A DNA stretch of 64,000 bases from IMG/VR virus record IMGVR_UViG_3300025844_000016; one strand, given 5' to 3'. The translations under genes and the position numbers were made by a program. The first letter of the stretch is position 1. Each line of letters opens with the position of its first letter. Shown here piece by piece: positions 1-8,424 of the stretch. This DNA comes from an uncultured virus (IMG/VR IMGVR_UViG_3300025844_000016). Lineage: Duplodnaviria; Heunggongvirae; Uroviricota; Caudoviricetes. Under the pieces are notes generated by a model. The model had not been told where the DNA came from. It worked only from the letters and a program-made list of their open reading frames with translations, and did not search any database.

Positions 1-186
1 CGCTTCTTCCATTTTCCCACAAACATGGCTCCGGGGGAGCCTCTACCCAATCCCCCAAGGTTCGGAACAAGAAGTAACGCGTCGGTGCGCCGGCAGTCAG
101 CCTTCTTGTTCTGGAAATCCTCTGGAGGGTCCGGAGGTCGCGATGTGAGACGCGTTCATCTCCAGAACCCTCGGTGAGGATTTCCA

Positions 187-975
187 ATGCCCATTATCAA
201 TTTCAACACCCTCGAAGAAGTTCCGGCGGAACTCCGCGAGTATGCCAAGGCTGACGAAGAGTCCGGCAAGTTCGCCGTCAATGTCGTCCCCAACCAGAAG
301 CTCGTCGAGTTTCGTGAAAAGAATATCGACCTGAGCAAGCGGCTCGAAGCGGTCACTCCGACCCTCGCCCGTGTTCAGGAAATCGCCGGCGAAGACCTCG
401 ATGCCTTCGTCAATGACCTCAACGGTCTCCGCGACATCGCCCAGCGGGTGAAGGACGGGGAACTCAAGACCGACGACCAGATCGAATCTGCGGTTCAGGA
501 CCGCATCAAGGTTCTCCGGGATGGCTACGACGAAAACTCGAAGGCGCTCCGCAAGGAACTGACCGAATACCAGCAGAAGGCCCAGACGCTCACCGAGCGA
601 CTGAACCGCACTGTTATCGACAAGGAAGTCACAGCGGCCGTCATCGTGCCGGAAAGTGGTGTCCAGCCTCAGGCCCTGCCGGACATTCTCCAGCGTGCCT
701 ACGGTCTCTTCAAGATCGAGGACGGACAACTGGTTCCGAAGCGCGGCGAAAGCGTGATTTACGGCAGCGACGGCGCAAGCCCGATGAGCGTTTCCGAATG
801 GCTCATCAAGCTCCGCGACGAAGCGCCCCACTACTTCAAGGGCAATACCGGCGGCGGCGCTGCTGGTGGCAAGGAAGAGAAGATTGGCGGCATGACCGCT
901 GCTCAGATCGCCCAGCTTTCGCCCATGCAACGCCTTGAACTGGCGAACAAGACCAACGGCAACAAGGGTCGTTAA
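187..975 (+). CDS. Capsid scaffolding protein (putative)
   Basis: 262 aa, charged and coiled-coil rich, C-terminal 'PHYF..GGGA.GG' tail, directly upstream of the major capsid gene; GAGGA RBS at 176-180. Confidence 0.75.
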   Translation: MPIINFNTLEEVPAELREYAKADEESGKFAVNVVPNQKLVEFREKNIDLSKRLEAVTPTLARVQEIAGEDLDAFVNDLNGLRDIAQRVKDGELKTDDQIESAVQDRIKVLRDGYDENSKALRKELTEYQQKAQTLTERLNRTVIDKEVTAAVIVPESGVQPQALPDILQRAYGLFKIEDGQLVPKRGESVIYGSDGASPMSVSEWLIKLRDEAPHYFKGNTGGGAAGGKEEKIGGMTAAQIAQLSPMQRLELANKTNGNKGR

Positions 976-1100
976 GGTTAACGGCTTCGGTCGGTCGTCA
1001 GTTCCACGAGATCACCCCGGCTTTGGTAGCCTGTCGGGGTTAGTCAATCAACCCCTCAGGCTACCGACGACCAACCACCACTCTCTAGGAGTTTTTCAAT

Positions 1101-2027
1101 ATGCTCACTCTGCACGAGGCATCCAAGCTCGTCGATGGTGATCTCAAGCGTCAGGCGATCATCGAGATGTTCGCTGGCTCGACCGATCTCATGGCCGCTC
1201 TGCCCCTCATGGATATTCCGGGTAACTCGTATAGCTACGCTCAGGAAGCGAAGCTGCCGAGCGTCGGGTTCCGTGGTTACAACCAAGGCTATGACGCGTC
1301 GATCGGCGTGATCAACCCGCAGTCCGAAACCCTCCGCATCGCCGGTGGTGAACTGGATGTCGATACCGCGCTCGTCAAGACGCACGGCATCGGTGTTCGC
1401 ACCCGTCAGGAAGCGATGCAGGTCAAGGCAATGGGTGCCAAGATCACCGCAGCCTTCATCAACGGCGACTCCAGCGATGGCGTTTCGTTCGATGGTCTGC
1501 GTGCCCGCGTCAATGGTTACCAGCTTCTGGCAGCCGACGAAGACAGCCCGGCCGCAAACGGCCCGCTGAGCCTCGCAACGCTCGACGAAGCGATCGACCG
1601 TGTGGACAATCCGACCCACATCATCATGTCCAAGCGTATGCGCAACCTGCTCTCGCAGGCCGCAAAGGACAAGGATGTCGGCGGTGACCTCCAGTGGTCG
1701 AAGGACGACTTCGGCCGTCGCGTTGGCTTCTACAACGACCTGCCGATCCTCATCACTGAGGACGACGACAAGGGCGAGAAGATCATCGACTTCAACGAAG
1801 CCGGCCCGGCCGGTGGTGCAGTCAGCCAGTCCGTCTATGTCGTGAGCATGGGCGACGGCAAGATCGTCGGCCTCCAGAACGGCATCATGGATGTCCGCGA
1901 TCTGGGCGAGATCGACGCAATGCCGGTTTACCGCACCCGCGTCGAGTGGCTGATTGCCATGGCCGTCATGCACGGCAAGGCAGTGGCCCGCATCTGGGGC
2001 ATCACCAACGCGGCGATCGTTCGCTAA
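1101..2027 (+). CDS. Major capsid protein
   Basis: 308 aa; HK97-type MCP-like motifs (LPSVGFRGYNQGY, GGELDVD, FINGD..FDGL); strong codon bias; AGGAG RBS; follows scaffold. Confidence 0.9.
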   Translation: MLTLHEASKLVDGDLKRQAIIEMFAGSTDLMAALPLMDIPGNSYSYAQEAKLPSVGFRGYNQGYDASIGVINPQSETLRIAGGELDVDTALVKTHGIGVRTRQEAMQVKAMGAKITAAFINGDSSDGVSFDGLRARVNGYQLLAADEDSPAANGPLSLATLDEAIDRVDNPTHIIMSKRMRNLLSQAAKDKDVGGDLQWSKDDFGRRVGFYNDLPILITEDDDKGEKIIDFNEAGPAGGAVSQSVYVVSMGDGKIVGLQNGIMDVRDLGEIDAMPVYRTRVEWLIAMAVMHGKAVARIWGITNAAIVR

Positions 2028-2101
2028 GTTGGTAGGTGGGGGAGGTCTTCGGACTTCCCCACTGACCCTCCTCCACCAAACCTACCTCAGGAGTCATTCA
2101 A

Positions 2102-2545
2102 ATGGCAAAGCTCAAGTCCAACTTCAAGTATATGCTGGATGCTGCACCGTCGATCACTTTCCGTGACGCTGCCGCTGCCCCGCTGACCGCAGACGGCAAC
2201 ACTGCTGCAATCGTTCTCGACACCCTCGACGGTTACTGGAACGACAACAACGAACTCGCCGACAGCACCTTCGCGATCGTCGTGAACGTCAACGCTCTCG
2301 CCACCGCCGGTGCCGATGAAGAGTATGTTCTCAACCTCGTGGCAGGCCCGGTTGGCTTCGCAACCTCGACTGTGGTCGGGACCATCACGGTCCTCGAAAC
2401 CGGCCAGCACGTCTTCCTCGTTGACATCGATACTGTCCGCAAGTCGGTTCCCGACGCTGCTGCTCTGCGTATCGCCGTTGACGTGACCGGCGTTGCACCG
2501 TCGATCGACTTCGTTGCCTTCATCGGCGGCGCGATCATCCGCTAA
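2102..2545 (+). CDS. Minor capsid / head decoration protein (putative)
   Basis: 147 aa beta-rich protein right after MCP with strong RBS and highly expressed-type codon usage. Confidence 0.6.
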   Translation: MAKLKSNFKYMLDAAPSITFRDAAAAPLTADGNTAAIVLDTLDGYWNDNNELADSTFAIVVNVNALATAGADEEYVLNLVAGPVGFATSTVVGTITVLETGQHVFLVDIDTVRKSVPDAAALRIAVDVTGVAPSIDFVAFIGGAIIR

Positions 2546-2552
2546 GTCTTAG

Positions 2553-2577
2553 AGGGCCGGGTAACACCGGCCCTTTT
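2553..2577 (+). terminator. Rho-independent terminator
   Basis: gggccgg-gtaaca-ccggccc stem-loop followed by tttt. Confidence 0.6.
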
Positions 2578-2605
2578 CGGCCCGACCCAGACTTAGGAGT
2601 AACCC

Positions 2606-3088
2606 ATGCAGAACCCGAACACCGTGACGGTCTACAGCCCTGAGGGCGAACCGTTCGAAATGAGCCGTGTGAACGCACGCGACCTTTGCAGCCACCGTGG
2701 CTGGTCGATGTCGCCGCTGACTGTTCCGCCGGTCAAGGCTGAAAAGCCCGCTGAGATCAAGACCGAAACACCGGTCGAAACCAAGGAAGAAACCCATGCC
2801 GAAGCTGACAGCGAAGGAAGCGGGCAAGCTGATGCCACCGGTGAAACCGAAGATGGCGAAGGCGAAGGGACAGAAGGCAGCACCAGCGGCGAAACGCCGG
2901 GATCGGAACAAGAAGATGTATTGACCGATCCGGTCATCTTCACAACCGAAGAGCAGTTCGCTGGAATGACCGATCGTGAAGATGTGGTGGTCTATCTGGC
3001 AGGCGCTTTCCCTGACTTCAAGCCCCACCACAAGGCAGGTCGCGACGGCCTCGTTGCCAAGGCAATCGAACTCGCAACGGGCGAATAA
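2606..3088 (+). CDS. Hypothetical virion-associated protein with acidic low-complexity linker
   Basis: 160 aa ORF with AGGAG RBS in the head module; E/G/T-rich centre. Confidence 0.7.
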   Translation: MQNPNTVTVYSPEGEPFEMSRVNARDLCSHRGWSMSPLTVPPVKAEKPAEIKTETPVETKEETHAEADSEGSGQADATGETEDGEGEGTEGSTSGETPGSEQEDVLTDPVIFTTEEQFAGMTDREDVVVYLAGAFPDFKPHHKAGRDGLVAKAIELATGE

Positions 3089-3117
3089 TCAACAATCAAT
3101 ACCGCTAAGGCGGCTCC

Positions 3118-3158
3118 GGGCTTGGCAGGCAATTAGCTTGCCAAGCCCTTTCCTTTTC
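3118..3158 (+). terminator. Rho-independent terminator
   Basis: gggcttggcaggc-aatta-gcttgccaagccc stem followed by tttccttttc. Confidence 0.7.
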
Positions 3159-3170
3159 AAGGACTTTCTC

Positions 3171-3596
3171 ATGGGAAAGCACCTAAAACCAGAACCCAAC
3201 ACAGTCCGTGGTATCTGTATCGAATGTGGTGAAAAACCTCAAAGAAGCGCTGGTAAAAGAGCAGATGGAAAAACTAAATTTTCATCCTTATGCGGAAAAT
3301 GCACTCACCAAAGAAATCCACAAAAGAAGCCAAGCAAGCGCCCAGAAAGATACTGGGAAAATTGGAAAAGAAGTAGTTACAGAAGCCACAAAAAGGACAA
3401 GTGCGAGGAATGTGGTTTTATACCACAAGACCCCTGTCAACTCGATGTGGATCATATTGATGGAGATCATAACAACCATGATCCCAAAAACCTACAAACC
3501 TTGTGCGCAAATTGTCATCGATTGAAAACCAAGATGAATGGCGACGGGGTTTACCGGAATAAACAAGCAGGAGCAACCCATGGCACTCGTAGTTGA
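3171..3596 (+). CDS. HNH endonuclease (free-standing, zinc-binding)
   Basis: Start re-called at ATG 3171 (MGKHLKPE); CxxC pairs and DVDHIDGDHNNHDPKNLQTLCANCH HNH motif; visibly AT-rich versus neighbours. Confidence 0.85.
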   Translation: MGKHLKPEPNTVRGICIECGEKPQRSAGKRADGKTKFSSLCGKCTHQRNPQKKPSKRPERYWENWKRSSYRSHKKDKCEECGFIPQDPCQLDVDHIDGDHNNHDPKNLQTLCANCHRLKTKMNGDGVYRNKQAGATHGTRS

Positions 3597-4089
3597 AGAT
3601 GGCACCGGTGTGGTCACCGCGAATGCCTATGCATCGGTCGAAGAGGTCGATGAAATTCTGGGTGTCAACATCCACTCACAGTGGAGCCTTATCGTTGATG
3701 TGGAGACCAAGGAAAAGCTGATCCAATGGGCCAGCCGCATCCTTGATGAACGCGTCAAGTGGTTCGGTAAAAAGACCCACCCCACCAGCGGCCGGGCATG
3801 GCCTCGCGTCATGGTCAAAGATCGCGAAGGCCTCTTGATCGAAGACAACGTTGTGCCGTTGGCTGTCAAGGTTGCTACGGCTGAGCTTGCCGACCATCTT
3901 CTGGCCGGTGACCCTGAGACCGCAAACACCGGATCGAACATCACGGCGCTACAAGTCGATGTGGTTATGATCAAGTTCGACGCCCGCCTCGATGCCGAAC
4001 GCTTCCCGCCCAACCTTTCGAAAATCCTTTACGGACTCGGCTTTATGTCGTTCGGCCGTGGTGGGCCCAAGAAGATCATCAAGCACTAA
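3580..4089 (+). CDS. Head-tail adaptor (DnaT-like family)
   Basis: Start at ATG 3580 (MALVVEDGTG..ANAYASV), ..AWPR.. motif, position after head genes. Confidence 0.75.
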   Translation: MALVVEDGTGVVTANAYASVEEVDEILGVNIHSQWSLIVDVETKEKLIQWASRILDERVKWFGKKTHPTSGRAWPRVMVKDREGLLIEDNVVPLAVKVATAELADHLLAGDPETANTGSNITALQVDVVMIKFDARLDAERFPPNLSKILYGLGFMSFGRGGPKKIIKH

Positions 4090-4092
4090 GTC

Positions 4093-4476
4093 ATGGCACT
4101 CAACGACATCATCAAGCAGCAGGTGACCAATGCGTTCACCAACATCCTAGCACCGGGTGGTCTCACAGAGTCCATCACGATGAAGTATTTCGTCGCCGAC
4201 GGTGTATTCGATGTTGAGGAAGATACGGCAGTGCCGCAGTTCAACGACGTTCCGGATGTCATTGCTCTGGTCGCCAAGCCGACATTTGACGACATGAAGA
4301 ACCACAAGGTGGTCATGGCTGATGTCAAGCTGGTGATCGCCGGTCCACTACTTCCAGCAGAGCCGCAAGCTGACACCGATAAGGTGATCCGGGCAAACGG
4401 CGAGGAATGGGATGTCCGCAAGGTCGTCGGCGTTCCGGGCGGATCGGTGTGGCTGGTTTTCATCTATCGGACCTAA
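4093..4476 (+). CDS. Head closure / head-tail joining protein (putative)
   Basis: 127 aa; synteny in neck module. Confidence 0.6.
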   Translation: MALNDIIKQQVTNAFTNILAPGGLTESITMKYFVADGVFDVEEDTAVPQFNDVPDVIALVAKPTFDDMKNHKVVMADVKLVIAGPLLPAEPQADTDKVIRANGEEWDVRKVVGVPGGSVWLVFIYRT

Positions 4477-4477
4477 T

Positions 4478-4972
4478 ATGGCCGGCGCACGTCTCGAAGG
4501 CCGGCAGCAGGCCCATGCAGCAGCAATGGCATCGATCGAAGCGCTGGAACGGAAGTTCGCTCAGAACATCCAGAATCTGGTGGAAGAAATCGACCATCAC
4601 ATCAAGGCGCTGACCCCGGTCAACACCGGTCAAGCAGTTCGCAATTATATCTGGTCGATCAACAACCCAAACCCGGTTGTTTATCAAGCGATCAATAATG
4701 GCGATCCCGGCCGCACCAACCAGATGGCCTTGGGGACCGAACCCCGGCGTGGTGTGAACGAAGCAGCGGCCGCCGAAAGCATGAACACCCTTGGGTTGAT
4801 GAGCAATCCGTTCGGGGTGATCTACCTGACCAACAATTCTCCGGACATCGTGGGACTTGAAATGGGTATCCTACCGGGCCCGCCTTTCAAATCACGTTCG
4901 CCTCGCGGAATGTTCGGCGTCACCGAAGCCTACTTCAACGCGCTGATCAAAGCACAAGGAATACTCAGGTGA
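4478..4972 (+). CDS. Neck / tail completion protein (HK97 gp10-like)
   Basis: ATG at 4478; TPVNTG..RN and IYLTNNSPDI.GLE.G motifs. Confidence 0.7.
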   Translation: MAGARLEGRQQAHAAAMASIEALERKFAQNIQNLVEEIDHHIKALTPVNTGQAVRNYIWSINNPNPVVYQAINNGDPGRTNQMALGTEPRRGVNEAAAAESMNTLGLMSNPFGVIYLTNNSPDIVGLEMGILPGPPFKSRSPRGMFGVTEAYFNALIKAQGILR

Positions 4973-5409
4973 GTAAAGAAGCAGAGCGGGTCTATCTGAC
5001 CAACAAGATGAAGGCTCGGGCCGACGAACTGGGATTCCCGATCTCTTATCCCAATCACCAGTTCAACATCCCAGTCAATGACATCTATGGTGAGTTTCAC
5101 ATCATGTCAGGGCCAAAGCCCATCATCGTCGGGGGTGAAGGTAAGGGACGTATCAGAGTCCGCTACGTCGGTATGGTGCAGCTTACGGTTTACATCCCCA
5201 AGGACAAGGGGACTAAGAAGGCCGCCCTTGCTCAGGATGTGTTCAAGGAAATCTTCCAGTTCAAACTCGGGCGTGACGCTGAGCAATCCAGCTACAAGTT
5301 CGGTGTCCTCCAAGACTACAACCCGGAAACCAAAGTGGGTTGGGAATGCTATGTGGTTCGGGTGAGTTTCCAGCGGGATTCAATTGAGACTGTCCAGATC
5401 AGCGAATAA
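4969..5409 (+). CDS. Tail terminator protein (putative)
   Basis: 146 aa, GTG start overlapping upstream stop, directly before tail tube gene. Confidence 0.65.
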   Translation: MSKEAERVYLTNKMKARADELGFPISYPNHQFNIPVNDIYGEFHIMSGPKPIIVGGEGKGRIRVRYVGMVQLTVYIPKDKGTKKAALAQDVFKEIFQFKLGRDAEQSSYKFGVLQDYNPETKVGWECYVVRVSFQRDSIETVQISE

Positions 5410-5419
5410 TTTTAGGCAA

Positions 5420-5483
5420 CACCGACATTATGGCTGCGTGAACGACATTCTCGCTTGACACGTTAACCATTTTCGTTTACCAT
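5420..5483 (+). promoter_or_regulatory. Sigma70-like promoter with tandem conserved boxes upstream of tail tube gene
   Basis: TTGACA 5455-5460, 17-nt spacer, TACCAT 5478-5483; boxes caccgacattatggc (5420) and aacgacattctcgc (5441). Confidence 0.6.
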
Positions 5484-5563
5484 TGGCGTCTTAATTCCGC
5501 CCCTTTGGATGGGGCTGCGTTTAGACGCATCACTCCACCATAACTGAGAAGGGCAATTCCAAA

Positions 5564-7357
5564 ATGGCAAACAAGCTGCTCGCCGATAGCAACCGCGCTT
5601 CGCTCCGCGAGATCATCGAATCCAACAACGCGTGGGGCGAGACCCCGGCAGCAGGTGTTACCCGCGCCCGTCGTTTCCGCACGTCCTCGATCACGGCCTC
5701 GAAGGAGACCGTTGAGTCGGAGGAAATCCGGGACGACCGCATGATCTCCTCGGTCATCGAAACCGCTGCAATGTCGGGCGGCGAGATCGCTTGGGAATTT
5801 GCAGCCGGCACGACCGACCTCGACTTCCAACGCACCCTCATGGGTGCGTGGTCGCGTCCGATGGACTGGGACGTGTTCCGTGGTAAGACTGTCTCGATCA
5901 CAGCCAACAACACCGTCCGCATCAGCGGCGCTGATGTGGCAGCCTACTTCACTGTCGGCCGTCGTATCAAGACCAGCGGTTTCGTGAACCCGTCGAACAA
6001 CGACTATCTCCAGATCAGCAGCGTCGCGTTCGCGGGTGGAAACACCGACATCGTGGTCACTGGCACTTCGCTGGTGGTTGAAGCCGGTTCTCCGAACACA
6101 ACTGTCGCCGACGCAAACGATGTCATCATCCTGCGTGCGACCACCCTTCGTTTCGGTAACTCGCCGAACACCATCGACGGTGAAGGCGCTAACCCGTTTG
6201 CTGCTGCGATCGCTGCTGGTCAGTTGAAGACCGGTCAGCGCATCTTCGTCGAAGGCATCGGCTACGAGACCGGAACCATCACGGCCAACACTGTTGTCGC
6301 CGGTGATACTGTCACGCTGTCTGACGGCGTTGATACCGTTACTCTGGAAGCCGACCTCGATTTCGACATCGGCGCGGACGACACCGAAACCGCAACCAAT
6401 CTGGCGGCTGCAATCAACGCGCTGCGCCCGACCGGAACCGTTGCTCTCTCGGCCACTTCGGCACTGGGCGTCGTTACGGTTCGCAACCTCCTCAAGGTCG
6501 GCGGCGTCCTGACCGAAGACGCGGCAACCCTCGCGGTTGTTGACTTCACTGGTGGCTCGGCAACGGACGGCGGCTTCTACACCATCGTTTCGCTGACCGA
6601 TGACACCCTCGTTCTGGATCGCGCTGTCCCGGCAATCGCTGCTGGTGGCCCGATCACGATCAAGGGCTCGATGCTCCGCAATCCGGGCAACAGCGCCGAC
6701 ATTACGCCGCAATCGGCATCGATCGAAACCGGCTTCCAAGACGTGAGCCAGTTCTTCACCGTGGACGGCCTGCGTTGCGGTGGTATCGAAATGGAAGTCG
6801 CTGCCGGCTCGATCGTCACCGGTCAGTCCACTCTCATGGGCCGCGCTACCAAGCGCGCCTCGACCGAGAAGCTGACTGGCGCTGCTTATACCGCGCTCGA
6901 AGCCCCGGCAACCGAAGTCGTTTCGGCGACTGCGAACGTCGGCGCTCTGACCGTGAACGGTGTCGAACAGGCAACCGCGATCAACTCGATCCAGTTCTCG
7001 ATCGAAGGCAACCTGCGCAACCAGCAGGCCATCGGCTCGAAGTTCCCGGTCGGCATCGCTGCTGGCCGTCTGAACCTCACTGGCACGATCGAAGCCTACT
7101 TCGCCGACGGTGAAATGTATGATCGCTTCATCAACCACGAGACGGTCAGCCTCACCTTCCCGATCATCGATCAGGACAAGAACACCTACTACTTCACCAT
7201 CCCAGCATTCAAGGTCACCAGCGATCCGATCGCACCGGGCGGCCTCGATCAGGATGTCATGGAGTCGCTGGAGTTCAGCGCCTTCCGCGACGCGACCACG
7301 GCCTGCATGGTGCAGATCGATCGCTTCTCGTCCACCGCTCCGATTACTGCACTGTAA
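5564..7357 (+). CDS. Major tail tube protein with large internal insertion
   Basis: 597 aa; N-terminal 'WGETP...SEEIRDDR' and C-terminal 'GTIEAYF...Y.RF.N' tube-like segments; upstream of chaperone and tape measure. Confidence 0.8.
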   Translation: MANKLLADSNRASLREIIESNNAWGETPAAGVTRARRFRTSSITASKETVESEEIRDDRMISSVIETAAMSGGEIAWEFAAGTTDLDFQRTLMGAWSRPMDWDVFRGKTVSITANNTVRISGADVAAYFTVGRRIKTSGFVNPSNNDYLQISSVAFAGGNTDIVVTGTSLVVEAGSPNTTVADANDVIILRATTLRFGNSPNTIDGEGANPFAAAIAAGQLKTGQRIFVEGIGYETGTITANTVVAGDTVTLSDGVDTVTLEADLDFDIGADDTETATNLAAAINALRPTGTVALSATSALGVVTVRNLLKVGGVLTEDAATLAVVDFTGGSATDGGFYTIVSLTDDTLVLDRAVPAIAAGGPITIKGSMLRNPGNSADITPQSASIETGFQDVSQFFTVDGLRCGGIEMEVAAGSIVTGQSTLMGRATKRASTEKLTGAAYTALEAPATEVVSATANVGALTVNGVEQATAINSIQFSIEGNLRNQQAIGSKFPVGIAAGRLNLTGTIEAYFADGEMYDRFINHETVSLTFPIIDQDKNTYYFTIPAFKVTSDPIAPGGLDQDVMESLEFSAFRDATTACMVQIDRFSSTAPITAL

Positions 7358-7591
7358 TCGTGAGCCCCGGTGGGTTCCCCCGACCCACCGGCGCGATTTG
7401 AGGTAAGGACTTCGGTCCTTGTCCTCCGCCACCCCGGTTAGCCGGTAATAGTCCCCGCATACAGTCTAGGCTCTGTGCGGACGACGGGTGGAGTATCCAG
7501 TTCCCCGACACCGATTTCGCTGGCGAAACGGGGTGCAGCCTTGTCGGGAGGCTGCATCCCACCCTCCCGACAACCGACAAGGATTACCCCG

Positions 7592-7993
7592 ATGAACCTC
7601 TACGAAGCATTTGAAAGCAACCTCGACGACACCGCCAAGGAGTTCCCGCTCTCGGACACGGCGTCGATCACACTGATGCCGATCGCTGGCGACAAATCGC
7701 GCCGGGCCTTCGAGCGCATGATGGAACCCTACAGTGTCCGCCTGAACGCCGGCGGCAAGCTCACCGACGAAGAGAACAAGGCGCTGAACGTTCGGTTCTA
7801 CGCTGAGAACATCGTCAAGGGCTGGAAGGGCATCAAGGATCGCGAAGGCAAGGAAATCAAGTTCAGCCCGGAAGCTGCTACGGCTCTCTTCTCCGATGAG
7901 AAGCTGGCGGGCTTCTTCGCTCTGATCATCCGTATGGCATCGAACGACGCCTCGTTCGAAGCCAAGAAGGCCGAAGCAGACGAGGGAAACTGA
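7592..7993 (+). CDS. Tail assembly chaperone (gpG-like)
   Basis: ATG 7592 after AAGGA RBS; ends at slippery G GGA AAC TGA. Confidence 0.8.
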   Translation: MNLYEAFESNLDDTAKEFPLSDTASITLMPIAGDKSRRAFERMMEPYSVRLNAGGKLTDEENKALNVRFYAENIVKGWKGIKDREGKEIKFSPEAATALFSDEKLAGFFALIIRMASNDASFEAKKAEADEGN

Positions 7994-8421
7994 TAGCCTA
8001 CCTCAACTGGACGCAGCGTCCGACTGCTAAAAAGTCGGACTGGCTGCGCCAGATTGAGGCTGAGAAAGGCATCAAGATCAAAACCCTTGAGGACGAACCC
8101 GTTCTCTCTCCACATCTCTATTGGATTTGGAAAGCCTTCACCGATCTCAACAGCCGGCGACCGGTTGCAGGGATGGGAGGTTTTCTACCATTCTCCTACA
8201 CCGAGATCGAAGCCTACTGCCGGCTCAAAGGCATTTACTCCCTCGGTGAACGTGAGCGCTTGCTGCGTCTCCTCGAAATCCTCGATCATGAATGGATCAA
8301 GGCTTACGTCGAGCGTGAAGAAAAGAAGAACAATTCTTCGAAAGGCACACCCCCACCACCATCCCACTCGCCCCCTCGCGGCGGTGGACGAAAAGCACCC
8401 CCTCGAAAACAGGTAGCGTAG
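7984..8421 (+). CDS. Tail assembly chaperone -1 frameshift extension (gpGT-like)
   Basis: The -1 frame is open from the slippery heptamer GGGAAAC (7984-7990) through KLIAYLNWTQ...WKAFTDLNSRRPVAGMGGFLP...LEILD to TAG 8421. Confidence 0.8.
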   Translation, partial: GKLIAYLNWTQRPTAKKSDWLRQIEAEKGIKIKTLEDEPVLSPHLYWIWKAFTDLNSRRPVAGMGGFLPFSYTEIEAYCRLKGIYSLGERERLLRLLEILDHEWIKAYVEREEKKNNSSKGTPPPPSHSPPRGGGRKAPPRKQVA

Positions 8422-8424
8422 CCA

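Noticed and set aside
2976..3170. N-terminal extension of the HNH ORF given by the track
   Set aside because: It overlaps the upstream gene and a terminator; ATG 3171 has an AAGGA RBS
5477..7432. 651-aa minus-strand ORF and many other long antisense ORFs (e.g. 97-930, 1056-1973, 11785-13215, 35272-36759, 47692-49011, 58969-60087)
   Set aside because: Shadow frames of GC3-biased real genes on the opposite strand; no motifs or RBS
7358..7591. tRNA gene in the structured intergenic region
   Set aside because: No cloverleaf with TTC(G/A)A T-loop and acceptor stem could be built
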